Source of the DNA: an uncultured bacterium
Lineage (GTDB): Bacteria > Krumholzibacteriota > Krumholzibacteriia > Krumholzibacteriales > Krumholzibacteriaceae
Direction: 5' to 3'
Assembly: GCA_963813815.1 (NCBI GenBank)
Contig: CAWFAD010000011.1
Coordinates: 194,285-258,284 of the forward strand
Length of the DNA stretch: 64,000 nucleotides
Both the position numbers and the translations under genes were made by a program. Each line of letters opens with the position of its first letter. The first letter of the stretch is position 1. The notes below the pieces were generated by a model, which had not been told where the DNA came from, did not search any database, and saw only the letters and a list, made by a program, of their open reading frames with translations. Positions 18,459-28,107 of this stretch are shown one piece after another.

Positions 18459-19502
18459 CTACATCTCCTTCTTCGCCTTTCGCACCATGAGATCCTTCAT
18501 CGCGCGCCGCGGATCCTTTCCGCGAAAGAGCACGCGGTACACCTGCTCCGCGATGGGAAGCTCGACGTCCACCCGCGCGGCGAGCCTCACCGCGGCCTTC
18601 GTCGTTTTGACCCCTTCGGCCACCATGACCATCTCAGAGAGCACCTGCGCGAGCTTCTTCCCCCTCCCGATCTCCTCTCCGACGTGACGGTTCCGGCTGT
18701 GGCGGCTCATGCACGTGACGATGAGATCCCCCACCCCCGCGAGGCCGCTCAGTGTCTCTTCCTTGCCCCCCATGCGGCAGGCGAGCCGTTTCATTTCCGC
18801 GAGCCCCCGCGTGAGGAGCGCGGCCTTCGTGTTGTCCCCGAAACCGAGCCCGTCGCAGATGCCCGCGGCTATGGCTATCGTGTTTTTGAGGGAAACGCCG
18901 AGCTCCACGCCGACGAGGTCGGTGTTCGTATAGACGCGGAAGTAGTCCGTCATGAAGAAACGCTGAATCTCGTCGAGAACCTCCTGGTCCGTTCCCGCGA
19001 CCACGATCGCCGTCGGAATCCTCCGGCTGACCTCCTCGGCGTGGCTCGGGCCGAGAAGGCCGACGATACGCCGCTTCGGCGTCGGAAGCTCCTGCGAGAG
19101 CACCTCGCTCATGCGGCAGAGGCTCCGCTCCTCGATTCCCTTCGCCGCGTTGATGACGATGGCCCGGCGGTCGAGCGCGCCGCTCGACGCGGCCGCGCGG
19201 GCAACCGACCTCATGGTGTGGCTCGGCGTGACGAACACCACGCGGGAAGCCCCGTCGAGAGCGGCCTCGAGGTCGCTCGTGATCCGGATGGAGCGCGGCA
19301 CGGGCACTCCCGGCAGGAAACGCCGATTCTCGCCGTCCCGCCGGATGGCCGCGGCGAGATCGGGAAAGTATTCCCAGAGCGCGACATCGTGCCCGATCTC
19401 GTCGAGGAGGACGGCGAGCGTCGTTCCCCAGCTCCCGGCCCCGAGCACCGCCGCCCGGGTTCCGGTCTTTCCCTTCCTTTTCTTTCCGGCCCCCCCCGTC
19501 AA
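18459..19502 (-). CDS. gpsA: NAD(P)H-dependent glycerol-3-phosphate dehydrogenase
   Basis: GAGSWG, KGIE, GPSHAEEV, LKN.IAIAAG and GVGDLIVTC.S..SRN. Confidence 0.96.
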   Translation of the reverse strand: MTGGAGKKRKGKTGTRAAVLGAGSWGTTLAVLLDEIGHDVALWEYFPDLAAAIRRDGENRRFLPGVPVPRSIRITSDLEAALDGASRVVFVTPSHTMRSVARAAASSGALDRRAIVINAAKGIEERSLCRMSEVLSQELPTPKRRIVGLLGPSHAEEVSRRIPTAIVVAGTDQEVLDEIQRFFMTDYFRVYTNTDLVGVELGVSLKNTIAIAAGICDGLGFGDNTKAALLTRGLAEMKRLACRMGGKEETLSGLAGVGDLIVTCMSRHSRNRHVGEEIGRGKKLAQVLSEMVMVAEGVKTTKAAVRLAARVDVELPIAEQVYRVLFRGKDPRRAMKDLMVRKAKKEM

Positions 19503-20119
19503 AAGATCCTCTTTTCCGCGCCCTCGCGCAGCCGCGCGATATTGGAGCGATGCTTGACGATGACGATGACCGCCACGGCGGCGGCGAGAATCGTAACGGC
19601 GTAATGCGTCCGCGCGCCGAGGAATCGGTTGGCGAACGCTATCGATACGGGAAGGAACGCGGCCGCCGCGATGCTTGCCACCGATACGATTCGCGTCGCG
19701 AGCAGCATGGCGAGCCAGAGAGCGAAGCAGAGCGCCGTCGCCGCGGGCGCGAGAGCGAGGAACGCCCCCGCCGTCGTGCCGACGCCCTTGCCCCCGGAAA
19801 ATCGCATGAAGACCGAGTAGTTGTGGCCCAGCACCACGGCGAGAGCCGCGGCGAGCGCGAGAACGGTTCCTCCCCCGCCCAGCCTCGGAAAGAGGTACAC
19901 CGCCGCGAACCCCTTCCCGATGTCGAAGAGGAGCACGGGGAGGGCGGCCGTGAACCCGAGAACGCGGAACGCGTTCGCGGCGCCGAGGTTGCCGCTCCCG
20001 TGCTCGCGGAGATCGATGCCGCGGAGCAAACGCCCCGCGATGTAGCTCGCTGGGATGGATCCGATGAGATAGCTCGACACCGAGACGATCAGGATATAGA
20101 ACGGGAGCGCCGCCATCAT
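19499..20119 (-). CDS. plsY: Glycerol-3-phosphate acyltransferase PlsY
   Basis: YLIGSIP, GSGNLGA, DIGKG, GHNYS..GGKGV and HRSNIARL..G.E. Confidence 0.95.
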   Translation of the reverse strand: MMAALPFYILIVSVSSYLIGSIPASYIAGRLLRGIDLREHGSGNLGAANAFRVLGFTAALPVLLFDIGKGFAAVYLFPRLGGGGTVLALAAALAVVLGHNYSVFMRFSGGKGVGTTAGAFLALAPAATALCFALWLAMLLATRIVSVASIAAAAFLPVSIAFANRFLGARTHYAVTILAAAVAVIVIVKHRSNIARLREGAEKRIF

Positions 20120-21432
20120 CTCTCCTTCGATTTGAGCAAGATTATAATGGCGGTGCCTTCGAAAGCAAACATTTTTCTGAGCTGATTGTTGATGTAACGT
20201 ATATACGATCTCGGAAAATAGGCCGCTTTGTTGACAAACAGGGTGAAGGTGGGCGGTTTCACCCCCGTCTGCGTCGCATAATATATCTTGCCCGCCCCTC
20301 CCGCGTAGTAGCCGGGGGGTGTGGCGGCGGTGATCGATTCGATCGCCTTGTTGAGCCGCGCCGTGGAGACTTTCGTCTCGCGCGCCTTCTGGATCTTGGC
20401 GGCGAGCGGGAGGATTCGTTCGATGCGCTGATGCGTGAGCGCCGATATGGTCAGCACCGGAGCGTAGTAGAGAAACTGCATCGACTCGCGGACCGTCTTG
20501 ATGAAGGCCGCTTCCGTCTTCGAATCCTTCTCCACGAGATCCCATTTGTTCGCGAGGACGATGATTCCCGCCCGCGCGCGATGCCCCTCGGACGCGACCC
20601 GAACGTCCTGCCGCGATATCGGCACGGAGGCGTCGATCATGACGAGGACGACGTCCGCATGCCGCGCGCTCGAGAGGCTGCGGTGGCTCGTGATGGCCGC
20701 GAGCCCCCGCTGCGTTCGCGCGCGCCGCTTCACGCCCGCAGTGTCGATGAGGACGAAGCTGCGCCCGGCGCGCTTCACGACGACGCTCACGGAATCGCGC
20801 GTCGTCCCGGGGATCTCGGAAACGATGTTTCGCTCCTCGCCGATGAGGCCGTTCACGAGCGAGCTCTTTCCGACGTTCGGTTTGCCGACGACGGCTATCG
20901 CGAGCGGATTCTCCGGGATCTGCCCCGAGCGCCGCGGGAGGCGCGATACGACCTCGTCGAGAATGTCCCCGACGCCGTCGCCGTGAATCGCGCTCGCCGG
21001 GAGCATGGGCTCGATTCCGAGCCGGTGGAACTCGTGCATGCTCCATCGGTCGGCGTCGTTCTCAACCTTGTTCACGACGAGTATCATCTTGCTCCGCTCG
21101 CCCCGCAGCTCGCGCAGCAGCGTTTCGTCCTCGTCCGTCGGACCGGTGTCTACGTCGCCGAGAAAGAGCACGACGTCCGCTTCCCGCGCGGTGGAGAGCA
21201 CGCGATCGCGAACCCCGCGCGATATGACGTCGCGCGCGCCGAAGAAATATCCGCCCGTGTCCACCAAGGTGAAAGAAACGTCGTTCCAGACCACCATTTC
21301 CTCGACGACGTCGCGCGTCACGCCGCTCGTCGCGTGGACGATGGCGCGGCGCCGCCGCACGACCCGGTTGAAAAACGTCGATTTGCCCGAGTTCGGCTTG
21401 CCGACGATTGCGACGACGGGGAGCCGTTTCAT
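20116..21432 (-). CDS. der: Ribosome biogenesis GTPase Der
   Basis: Two tandem G domains (GKPNSGKS, GKPNVGKSS) plus a KH-like C-terminus. Confidence 0.96.
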   Translation of the reverse strand: MKRLPVVAIVGKPNSGKSTFFNRVVRRRRAIVHATSGVTRDVVEEMVVWNDVSFTLVDTGGYFFGARDVISRGVRDRVLSTAREADVVLFLGDVDTGPTDEDETLLRELRGERSKMILVVNKVENDADRWSMHEFHRLGIEPMLPASAIHGDGVGDILDEVVSRLPRRSGQIPENPLAIAVVGKPNVGKSSLVNGLIGEERNIVSEIPGTTRDSVSVVVKRAGRSFVLIDTAGVKRRARTQRGLAAITSHRSLSSARHADVVLVMIDASVPISRQDVRVASEGHRARAGIIVLANKWDLVEKDSKTEAAFIKTVRESMQFLYYAPVLTISALTHQRIERILPLAAKIQKARETKVSTARLNKAIESITAATPPGYYAGGAGKIYYATQTGVKPPTFTLFVNKAAYFPRSYIRYINNQLRKMFAFEGTAIIILLKSKER

Positions 21433-22742
21433 GAGCGCGATCCTCCTCCGCAGCGCGCAAGGACGCGGCGTTCGAGAAATGTCCCGTGCGCCGCTATCAC
21501 GCGCATCCCAAGGGCGCGGCCGAGATCGGCCGGACGGAGATCGTCCAGGAAGCGTCCCTCGTGATTGAGGGCGTTTCCCGGGACCACGAGGCAGCCGGAA
21601 ATCCCTCGCGCGCGATTGACGGCGCGAATAATGTCTCTTCCGGCCAGCAGTCCGCTCACGCCGACGGCGGGACCGAAGAGCGAGTTGTCAACGCAGAGCA
21701 CCCGCGGCTTGAATCCGGGCATCTCCCGCGCGAGGAGCGGCTCCGCGTACCTCCGCATGAATCGCGAGCCGAGAGCGCCCGTGACGAGCGTCATGGCGAG
21801 CCCCGGGGGCGCCTTCCGGCCAAGACGCGAGGCGTCCGCGCGAAGCTCCTCGAGGAAGTGCCGGCACATGCCCACCCCATTCGAAAGCTGCGGGTAGCCG
21901 TCGTACTCCGCCGCCTCGGGAAGCGCCCGCCCGGCCGCGAGGTAAAACTCGTCTGCGAGATGCACGAACCCCTCCCCGCCCCGGCTCTTGCGGTGCCTCT
22001 CGCGAAACCTCCGGGCCCACGCGACGGTCTCGCGCGACTGGGCCGCGCCGACGCGCCGCAGCCTCGGGAGACCGCCGCGATGCGAGGTGACGCCGACCGG
22101 CACGACGGCCACGGAGCGGCACCCCGGATACAGCTCCGCGAGCGCCGAGACGGTCCGGCGGAGGGACGGGCCGTCGTTCACCCCCGGAACGAGCACGATC
22201 TGGGCGTGCACGACGATTCCCGCGCGGACGAGGCGCCGCAGGTCCCTTATGATGTCGCGCCTCAGGGGGCGTCCGAACACGCGTTCGCGAATGTGCGGGT
22301 CGATCGCGTGCACGGATACGTAGAGGGGCGAAAGGCCGAGGGAAGCGACGCGCCGCAGGTCCTCGTCGGTCACGTCGTTCAGCGTGACGAAGTTGCCGTA
22401 GAGGAAGCTCAGCCGGTAATCGTCATCCTTCTCATAGAGGGAAGGGCGCATGCCTGCCGGCATCTGGTCCATGAAACAGAAGATGCAGCGGCTCCGGCAC
22501 GGAATGAAGCGCATCTCCTCGAAAACGAGTCGCGCGCGCGCGAAGGCGCCGAACGACAATCTGCGGGACCGCTCCTTCCCCCCGCGCCGTACGCCGAACA
22601 AGGCGGATCCCTCGCCGGAGGTGTGAAACAGCGCGTCGAGCTGGTCCGCGACGCGGAGTCCGTCGATCGAGACGAGCTCGTCCCCCGCCCGGAAGAATCC
22701 GGATGCGCCGTCGACTCGAAGTATGCGGACCGGTTCGTTCAT
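21429..22742 (-). CDS. DUF512 putative radical-SAM Fe-S protein with N-terminal PDZ-like region
   Basis: CRSRCIFCFMDQMP, DDDYRLSFLYGN, VVPVG and YPQLSNGVG; upstream of der. Confidence 0.88.
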   Translation of the reverse strand: MNEPVRILRVDGASGFFRAGDELVSIDGLRVADQLDALFHTSGEGSALFGVRRGGKERSRRLSFGAFARARLVFEEMRFIPCRSRCIFCFMDQMPAGMRPSLYEKDDDYRLSFLYGNFVTLNDVTDEDLRRVASLGLSPLYVSVHAIDPHIRERVFGRPLRRDIIRDLRRLVRAGIVVHAQIVLVPGVNDGPSLRRTVSALAELYPGCRSVAVVPVGVTSHRGGLPRLRRVGAAQSRETVAWARRFRERHRKSRGGEGFVHLADEFYLAAGRALPEAAEYDGYPQLSNGVGMCRHFLEELRADASRLGRKAPPGLAMTLVTGALGSRFMRRYAEPLLAREMPGFKPRVLCVDNSLFGPAVGVSGLLAGRDIIRAVNRARGISGCLVVPGNALNHEGRFLDDLRPADLGRALGMRVIAAHGTFLERRVLARCGGGSRS

Positions 22743-22748
22743 ACGACG

Positions 22749-22783
22749 AAAACCCCCCTCAAGCGCCCGCTCGAAGGGGGTTC
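22749..22783 (-). terminator. Hairpin downstream of tRNA-Gly
   Basis: AACCCCC...GGGGGTT inverted repeat followed on the minus strand by TTTT. Confidence 0.5.
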
Positions 22784-22792
22784 ACGCGAATT

Positions 22793-22868
22793 TGGAGCGG
22801 GCAACGGGATTCGAACCCGCGACTCTCAGCTTGGGAAGCTGATACTCTACCAGCTGAGCTATGCCCGC
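22793..22868 (-). tRNA. tRNA-Gly(CCC)
   Basis: GCGGGCA acceptor stem, anticodon loop TT-CCC-AA, TCCA end. Confidence 0.96.
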
Positions 22869-22917
22869 GTGATTCCCGATGATGCACCCCGTAAGGTATC
22901 AGGTAATTCCCTAAAAG

Positions 22918-23853
22918 TCAATCGTCTTTCGCCGCGCGCGCCGTACGGGCGATGCGGGCGATCTGTTCCGCCGTCTGCGTTTCGTCGGCCCGGAACCAGA
23001 CCACGTCGGGCTCCTTCTTGAACCACGTGATCTGGCGTTTGGCGTATTGATGCGTGAGCTCGCGTATGCGCCTCGCCGTTTCTTCGATCGGCGTATCCTC
23101 GAGGATGTGCGAGACGATTTCCGGGTAGCCGAGAGTCATCATTCCGGGCCAGTCCGGATCCGCCCCTTCCTCGAGGAGCGCCCGCGCCTCGTCCACCCAT
23201 CCGCGCTTCAGCATCGCCTCGACGCGCTCATCGATCCGCCGGTGCAACTCGTGCCGCGGAAGCTCGAGACCGATCTTGAGGAACCTCATCTTCGGCTCCG
23301 CGGAATCGTCTTGCCGGCGTTTGAGGTGCTCCGAAAGCGGAACGCCGGAAAGCTCGTACACCTCGAGCGCGCGGACAACGCGGTAGCGGTCGTTCGGGTG
23401 GATGCGCCTCGCGCTCTCCGGATCGACGGCGACGAGCCTGCGGCGGAGATCCTCGTCGGAGGCGTCCGCCACCGAACGCGAGAAGGCCTCGCGACCGGCG
23501 GGCGCGAGAGCGATATCGAAGAGCCCCTCGCTCGCGGCGCGGAAATAGAGCCCCGATCCCCCGGCGAGGATCGGCAGCCTCCCCCGCCCGGCGATCGCCG
23601 CCGCGGCCTCCCGGGCCAGGCGGGCGAAAGATGCGGCGCTGCTCTTTTCGTGAAGGTCGAGAATGTCGATGAGGTGATGCGGGATCTCTTGCCTCTCCTC
23701 CGCCGTCGGCTTCGCCGTTCCGATGTCGAGGCGGCGGTACGCCTGTCTCGAATCGATGGAGACGATCTCCGCGCCGATCTGCCGGGCGACGCGCATCGCC
23801 GCGGCGCTCTTGCCGCAGCCGGTGGGACCGATGATCGCGAGCGCCGTAATCAT
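22918..23853 (-). CDS. miaA: tRNA dimethylallyltransferase
   Basis: GPTGCGKS, DSRQ.YR..DIGTAKP, GGSGLY and YAKRQITWF. Confidence 0.96.
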   Translation of the reverse strand: MITALAIIGPTGCGKSAAAMRVARQIGAEIVSIDSRQAYRRLDIGTAKPTAEERQEIPHHLIDILDLHEKSSAASFARLAREAAAAIAGRGRLPILAGGSGLYFRAASEGLFDIALAPAGREAFSRSVADASDEDLRRRLVAVDPESARRIHPNDRYRVVRALEVYELSGVPLSEHLKRRQDDSAEPKMRFLKIGLELPRHELHRRIDERVEAMLKRGWVDEARALLEEGADPDWPGMMTLGYPEIVSHILEDTPIEETARRIRELTHQYAKRQITWFKKEPDVVWFRADETQTAEQIARIARTARAAKDD

Positions 23854-25609
23854 GCGCGTTCCGCCGACACCCCGCGGGCAAACCGCCTCTCGAGCTCGGC
23901 GAGGCTCACCCGGAGCATCGTCGGCCGCCCGTGGGGACAGGTGTAGGGAAGCTCCGTCGCGAAGAGCTGATCGGCGAGGCTCTCCATCTCCTCGGCGGAG
24001 AGCCTCATCCCCGCCTTGATCGCCGCCCGGCAGGCGTAGCTGCGCAGGAAGCCCTCGACTCCGCTTCGCCCTTCGCCGAGAACCTCCTGCAGCAGGCGGC
24101 CGTCGTTCCAGTTGTGCACGCCCGCCGGAATGCCCCGAACGATGATCGAGCGCGGGCCGAACGGCTCCGTGTCGAATCCGACCGACGCGAGCGAGCCCCC
24201 GAGCGACTCGTACCGCTCGAACTCGTCCGGCGAGAGCGTGATGGCGGCGGGAAAGAGAAGAGACTGGGCCAGGGCGCGCGCGCCCGAAATCGACGCCCGG
24301 GCTCGATCGAAGAGGATACGTTCGTGAGCCGCGTGCTGATCGATGATGACGAGCCCTCCCCGGATCTGTATGAGAATGAAGCTCTGGTGGAGCTGCCAGT
24401 AGAGGCCTCCCGCCGCCGAGGCGCCGATCGCTCCTTCCGGCCCGAAGAGCGGGACGGGAGACTCGCGGAGCGCTGATTCCGCGGCGGCCGCGAGCGGCTC
24501 GCCCGCCCCCGCCGGGGAGTCGAAGAGATCCCGGGGGATCGCCGACGGCATCGCTCGCCCGCCGGGACCGCTTTCCGGAATGATGCTCCGGTATATCGAT
24601 TCGACCGTTTCCGCGTATCCGGGGCCGGGTGCGCCGAGCGCCCCCCGAATGGCCGACCGGACGATTCGGTGCATCTCCGCCTCGTCCCTGAAGCGCACCT
24701 CCGCCTTCGCGGGGTGCACGTTCACGTCGATCGCGCCGGCGGGAACGGCTATCGCCAGCACGACGGCAGGATAGGCGTTGCGCGGGATGAGCGACTCGTA
24801 CGCGTGGCTCACCGCGTGCGAGAGAAGGCGGTCCTTGACGTAGCGCCTGTTCACGAAGAAATACTGCAGCGAGCGGTTCGACCGGGCGAAATCGGGCCTC
24901 GAAACATAGCCGGATACGTGGAACGCGCCCTCTTCGTGCTCCACTCTCGCGAGATGACCGGCGAGCTCCCCCCGAGAACGAGCTCAACGCGCTCGTCGAG
25001 GCGCGACACCGGGTACGAGCAGACGTCCCTCCCCCCTTCCCGCAGCACGAACGCCGCGGCGGGATACGAGAGCGCGTACGCCTGTACGACCCCCGCGATA
25101 CGCCGGAGCTCCGATGCGCCGCTTCGCAGAAACTTTTTCCGCGCGGGGAGATTGAAGAACAGTTGCTCGACGACGACCTCCGTTCCCGGAGTCCGGACGC
25201 AGGGGGCGTCCCCGGCCGGCGTCGCGCCGCGGAAACGGAGCTCTCTCCCGATCTCCTCCTCCCTTGCGCGGGAACGAATCGTGAGCGCCGACACCGCGCG
25301 GATGCTCGCGAGCGCCTCCCCCCGGAACCCGAGGGTCTCGACGCGCGAGAGATCCGCGATCTCCCATATTTTGCTCGTGGAAAAATTCTCGACCGCGAGT
25401 GGAAGCTCCCGCGCGCGGATCCCCGCCCCGTCGTCGTCGACGCGGATGGACGTCTTGCCTCCATCGACGAGATCGATCGCGACGCGCGTCGCCCCGGCGT
25501 CGAGCGAGTTCTCGACGAGCTCCTTCACCACGCTCGAAGGACGCTCGACGACCTCGCCGGCCGCGATGAGTGAGGATACGCCCGAATCGAGCGTGCGGAT
25601 CGACGACAC
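23850..25609 (-). CDS. mutL: DNA mismatch repair protein MutL (one frameshift in a G6 run at 24968-24973)
   Basis: [36 protein letters not shown] and CPHGRP. Confidence 0.95.
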
Positions 25610-25728
25610 GCGCTGCTCCTTTTCCTCCGGGGCGGTCGAGCGACCGGCGACCGGCGCATGAGGCCTGAATGTGTGGGAAGATAGCACACGCCCCGCTGCC
25701 CGCGCAATCGCGAAGCGGATCGGTCCGA

Positions 25729-28032
25729 TCAGGAGCCCTGCTGCATTCTGGAGGTGGCCTCGGCGATGAGCTCGGCCGCCGTCGCGGCGCCGCCGGGGTA
25801 CATGGCATAACCGTGGGAGGGATAAAACGCGGCGGGGTCATGGAGGCCCTTTTCCTTGAGCGTGTTCACGATGAACGCGCTGACGCGCTCTTCGAGGTAG
25901 GCCATCCGCTGGTGCCGTTCGATGGACAGAACGGCGAAGAGATCCGTTTCCATCCAGGAGAAGAAATCCGTTTTCCGGACCTGCCTCCTCACGCCCATGC
26001 TGAGCTCGTTGATGAGCATGAGCGCCTGCTGGTGATCGCGCTGAAAGAACCCTGCGAGGCCGTGGACGCGGAACATCGTCAGTATGAAGCCGTGATGGTA
26101 CCGTTCGGCGCGCTCGATCTCCTCGCGAATGCGCTCGAGCATGAGACGCTGGTTGTAGCGGAGAAGATCGTCGAAACTGAGCGCATCGGCGGAGGCGCGT
26201 CTCTCGTCCGGCCGCAGAAAGAGCGGCGAGAGCAGCTCTTCCGCCTTCCTGAGGAGCGAGAGCTCGTGCTCGCCGAATATCGAAGAATCGAGCGGGCTCG
26301 TCGGAACCTTGTCGTATCCGATGAAAACCACGCTCGCCTCGCCCGATCGGTGAATCGGAAAGCCGATTACCGAGCGCGCCGGGGAGGGCTTTTCGACGAG
26401 ATCCATCTCCGGCGAGAGATAGCTGAGGCACGCCGCTTCGCCGCGCGCACGCACCATCTCGAGCATCTCGGCGTCGTATTCGAGGCGCCGCCGGCGTTCC
26501 GACTCGTCCTCGGGGAACCCGTGATAGGCCGATTCCCTGCGATCGGGGCCTTCGTAATGAACGCTTCCCATGGAGGCCTTGACGAGAGTCGCGAGAAGCG
26601 TCGGAAGGCGTCCGATCTTGACGGAGAGGCTCTCCAGAGCGAAGAACGCGGGCGCCAGCGAAGCGAGCTCCTCGAGGCTCTCGAGCTTGCGGGCCTGCCG
26701 CGCGTCGCGGATGAGCGAGTAAGTGAAGAAACCGACCTGAAAGCGCAGCGCGTCTTTGAGTCTCAGAAACATTTGGAACGCCGGAAGGTTCGAGAACTCG
26801 AGAACGAGCACCCCGAGCGGTTCGTGGTGCACGAGCGGAACGAAGATCGAGGTAATGGCGCCGTCCGTTGTTTTCAGCCGGAGTCCCGTGTCGACGACCG
26901 CCTCGGTCATCACGATTTCCTCGCCGTCGATGTACGCGCGCGCGAGGCTTCCCTTGTTGCACCGGATTCGCGGGCTCTGGGCATCGACGGGAATCTGCTG
27001 GTCGCTGCCTCCGAGGATGAGCCAGTCGCCCTCATCCGTGGCCGTGTATATCGCCGCCGTGTCGGCGGAGAGCTTTCGCGCGATGAACTTGCAGAGCAGG
27101 GTGAATTTCTCGTGAAATCCGGTCTGATTGTGAAAGAGCGTTTCGAGATACTGACGAATCTGAAATTCGAGCTCCCGAACGACCTGCGCGTCGATCATGA
27201 TGTGCTGGTTGAGGATCGGGGCGATGCGCGCGGCCAGCGCCGAAATGGTGCCCAGATCGCGATCGCGCAGCCGACGCTCGCCGAGGTTCGTCGATACGTT
27301 CAGCACGCCGAGCAGGCGCTCGTCGTGGATGATCGGGGCCGAGAGGGCGCTCTGGATGGAGTCGCGCTCCCTGCCGCCGCGGTAGAGCGGGGCGTCGACG
27401 ACATCCGTGATGAGGCGCGGCTCCCTCGTCTGTCCCACGAGACCCGCTATCCCTTCGCCGAGCTTCTGGCGCGTGCGCTCGACCACGTCCGAACTCAGGC
27501 CGCTCGCGTACCCGATGTAGAGCTCGCGCGTTTCCGGGGAGAAGAGCATGATCGAACCGCTCGACGCCCCCACGGTGCGGACGGAGATTTCGAGGAGCCA
27601 CTTGAGCAGGCGCTCGCGGTCCGTAATGCGGTTCATGTACTCGAACGCTTCCTCGAGATGCACGGGCCAGGTCTCCGGGCTCCCCGTCTCCTCCTCCTCC
27701 TCCTCGGACGGCGAGAGATGGCTCACCGCCTCCGCCGGATTGACCACCCGTTTTCTCTCGGCTCCGAGCGCCATGAGCTCCTGCTCGAAGCGCTTGCGTT
27801 TCTCGGTGACGATGATGTAGTCGGCGGCGAGAAACGCCGGGAGAAAGCCTTCGTCGGAAAAGCAGGGGATGCCGATGATCTCGGCGATCTCGAGCGCGAC
27901 GGCCCGGGAATCGCGGTCATATATGCCGACGATCTCGACGCCCGGGGTGCGATTGAACTCGCTCAGTATGTTGAGCTCCTCCTCGCCGCCTCCGAGTATC
28001 GCGATTTTTATCGGCTTCCGGGATGAATCCAC
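25729..28032 (-). CDS. Multi-GAF signalling protein with N-terminal Rossmann-like domain and degenerate GGDEF-like C-terminus
   Basis: KIAILGGG...VGIYD N-terminus; GAF motifs GEGIAGLV...SAPI...LGVLNV; EEIERAERY...VRKTDF without a GG(D/E)EF motif. Start inferred. Confidence 0.7.
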   Translation of the reverse strand: MDSSRKPIKIAILGGGEEELNILSEFNRTPGVEIVGIYDRDSRAVALEIAEIIGIPCFSDEGFLPAFLAADYIIVTEKRKRFEQELMALGAERKRVVNPAEAVSHLSPSEEEEEETGSPETWPVHLEEAFEYMNRITDRERLLKWLLEISVRTVGASSGSIMLFSPETRELYIGYASGLSSDVVERTRQKLGEGIAGLVGQTREPRLITDVVDAPLYRGGRERDSIQSALSAPIIHDERLLGVLNVSTNLGERRLRDRDLGTISALAARIAPILNQHIMIDAQVVRELEFQIRQYLETLFHNQTGFHEKFTLLCKFIARKLSADTAAIYTATDEGDWLILGGSDQQIPVDAQSPRIRCNKGSLARAYIDGEEIVMTEAVVDTGLRLKTTDGAITSIFVPLVHHEPLGVLVLEFSNLPAFQMFLRLKDALRFQVGFFTYSLIRDARQARKLESLEELASLAPAFFALESLSVKIGRLPTLLATLVKASMGSVHYEGPDRRESAYHGFPEDESERRRRLEYDAEMLEMVRARGEAACLSYLSPEMDLVEKPSPARSVIGFPIHRSGEASVVFIGYDKVPTSPLDSSIFGEHELSLLRKAEELLSPLFLRPDERRASADALSFDDLLRYNQRLMLERIREEIERAERYHHGFILTMFRVHGLAGFFQRDHQQALMLINELSMGVRRQVRKTDFFSWMETDLFAVLSIERHQRMAYLEERVSAFIVNTLKEKGLHDPAAFYPSHGYAMYPGGAATAAELIAEATSRMQQGS

Positions 28033-28107
28033 CTGCGGCTCCGCTCCTTGCGTTAGGGTAACCCGTTGCGAGTAAAGCAAAAGTTGAGCCAGAAATCGCG
28101 GCGGGTT

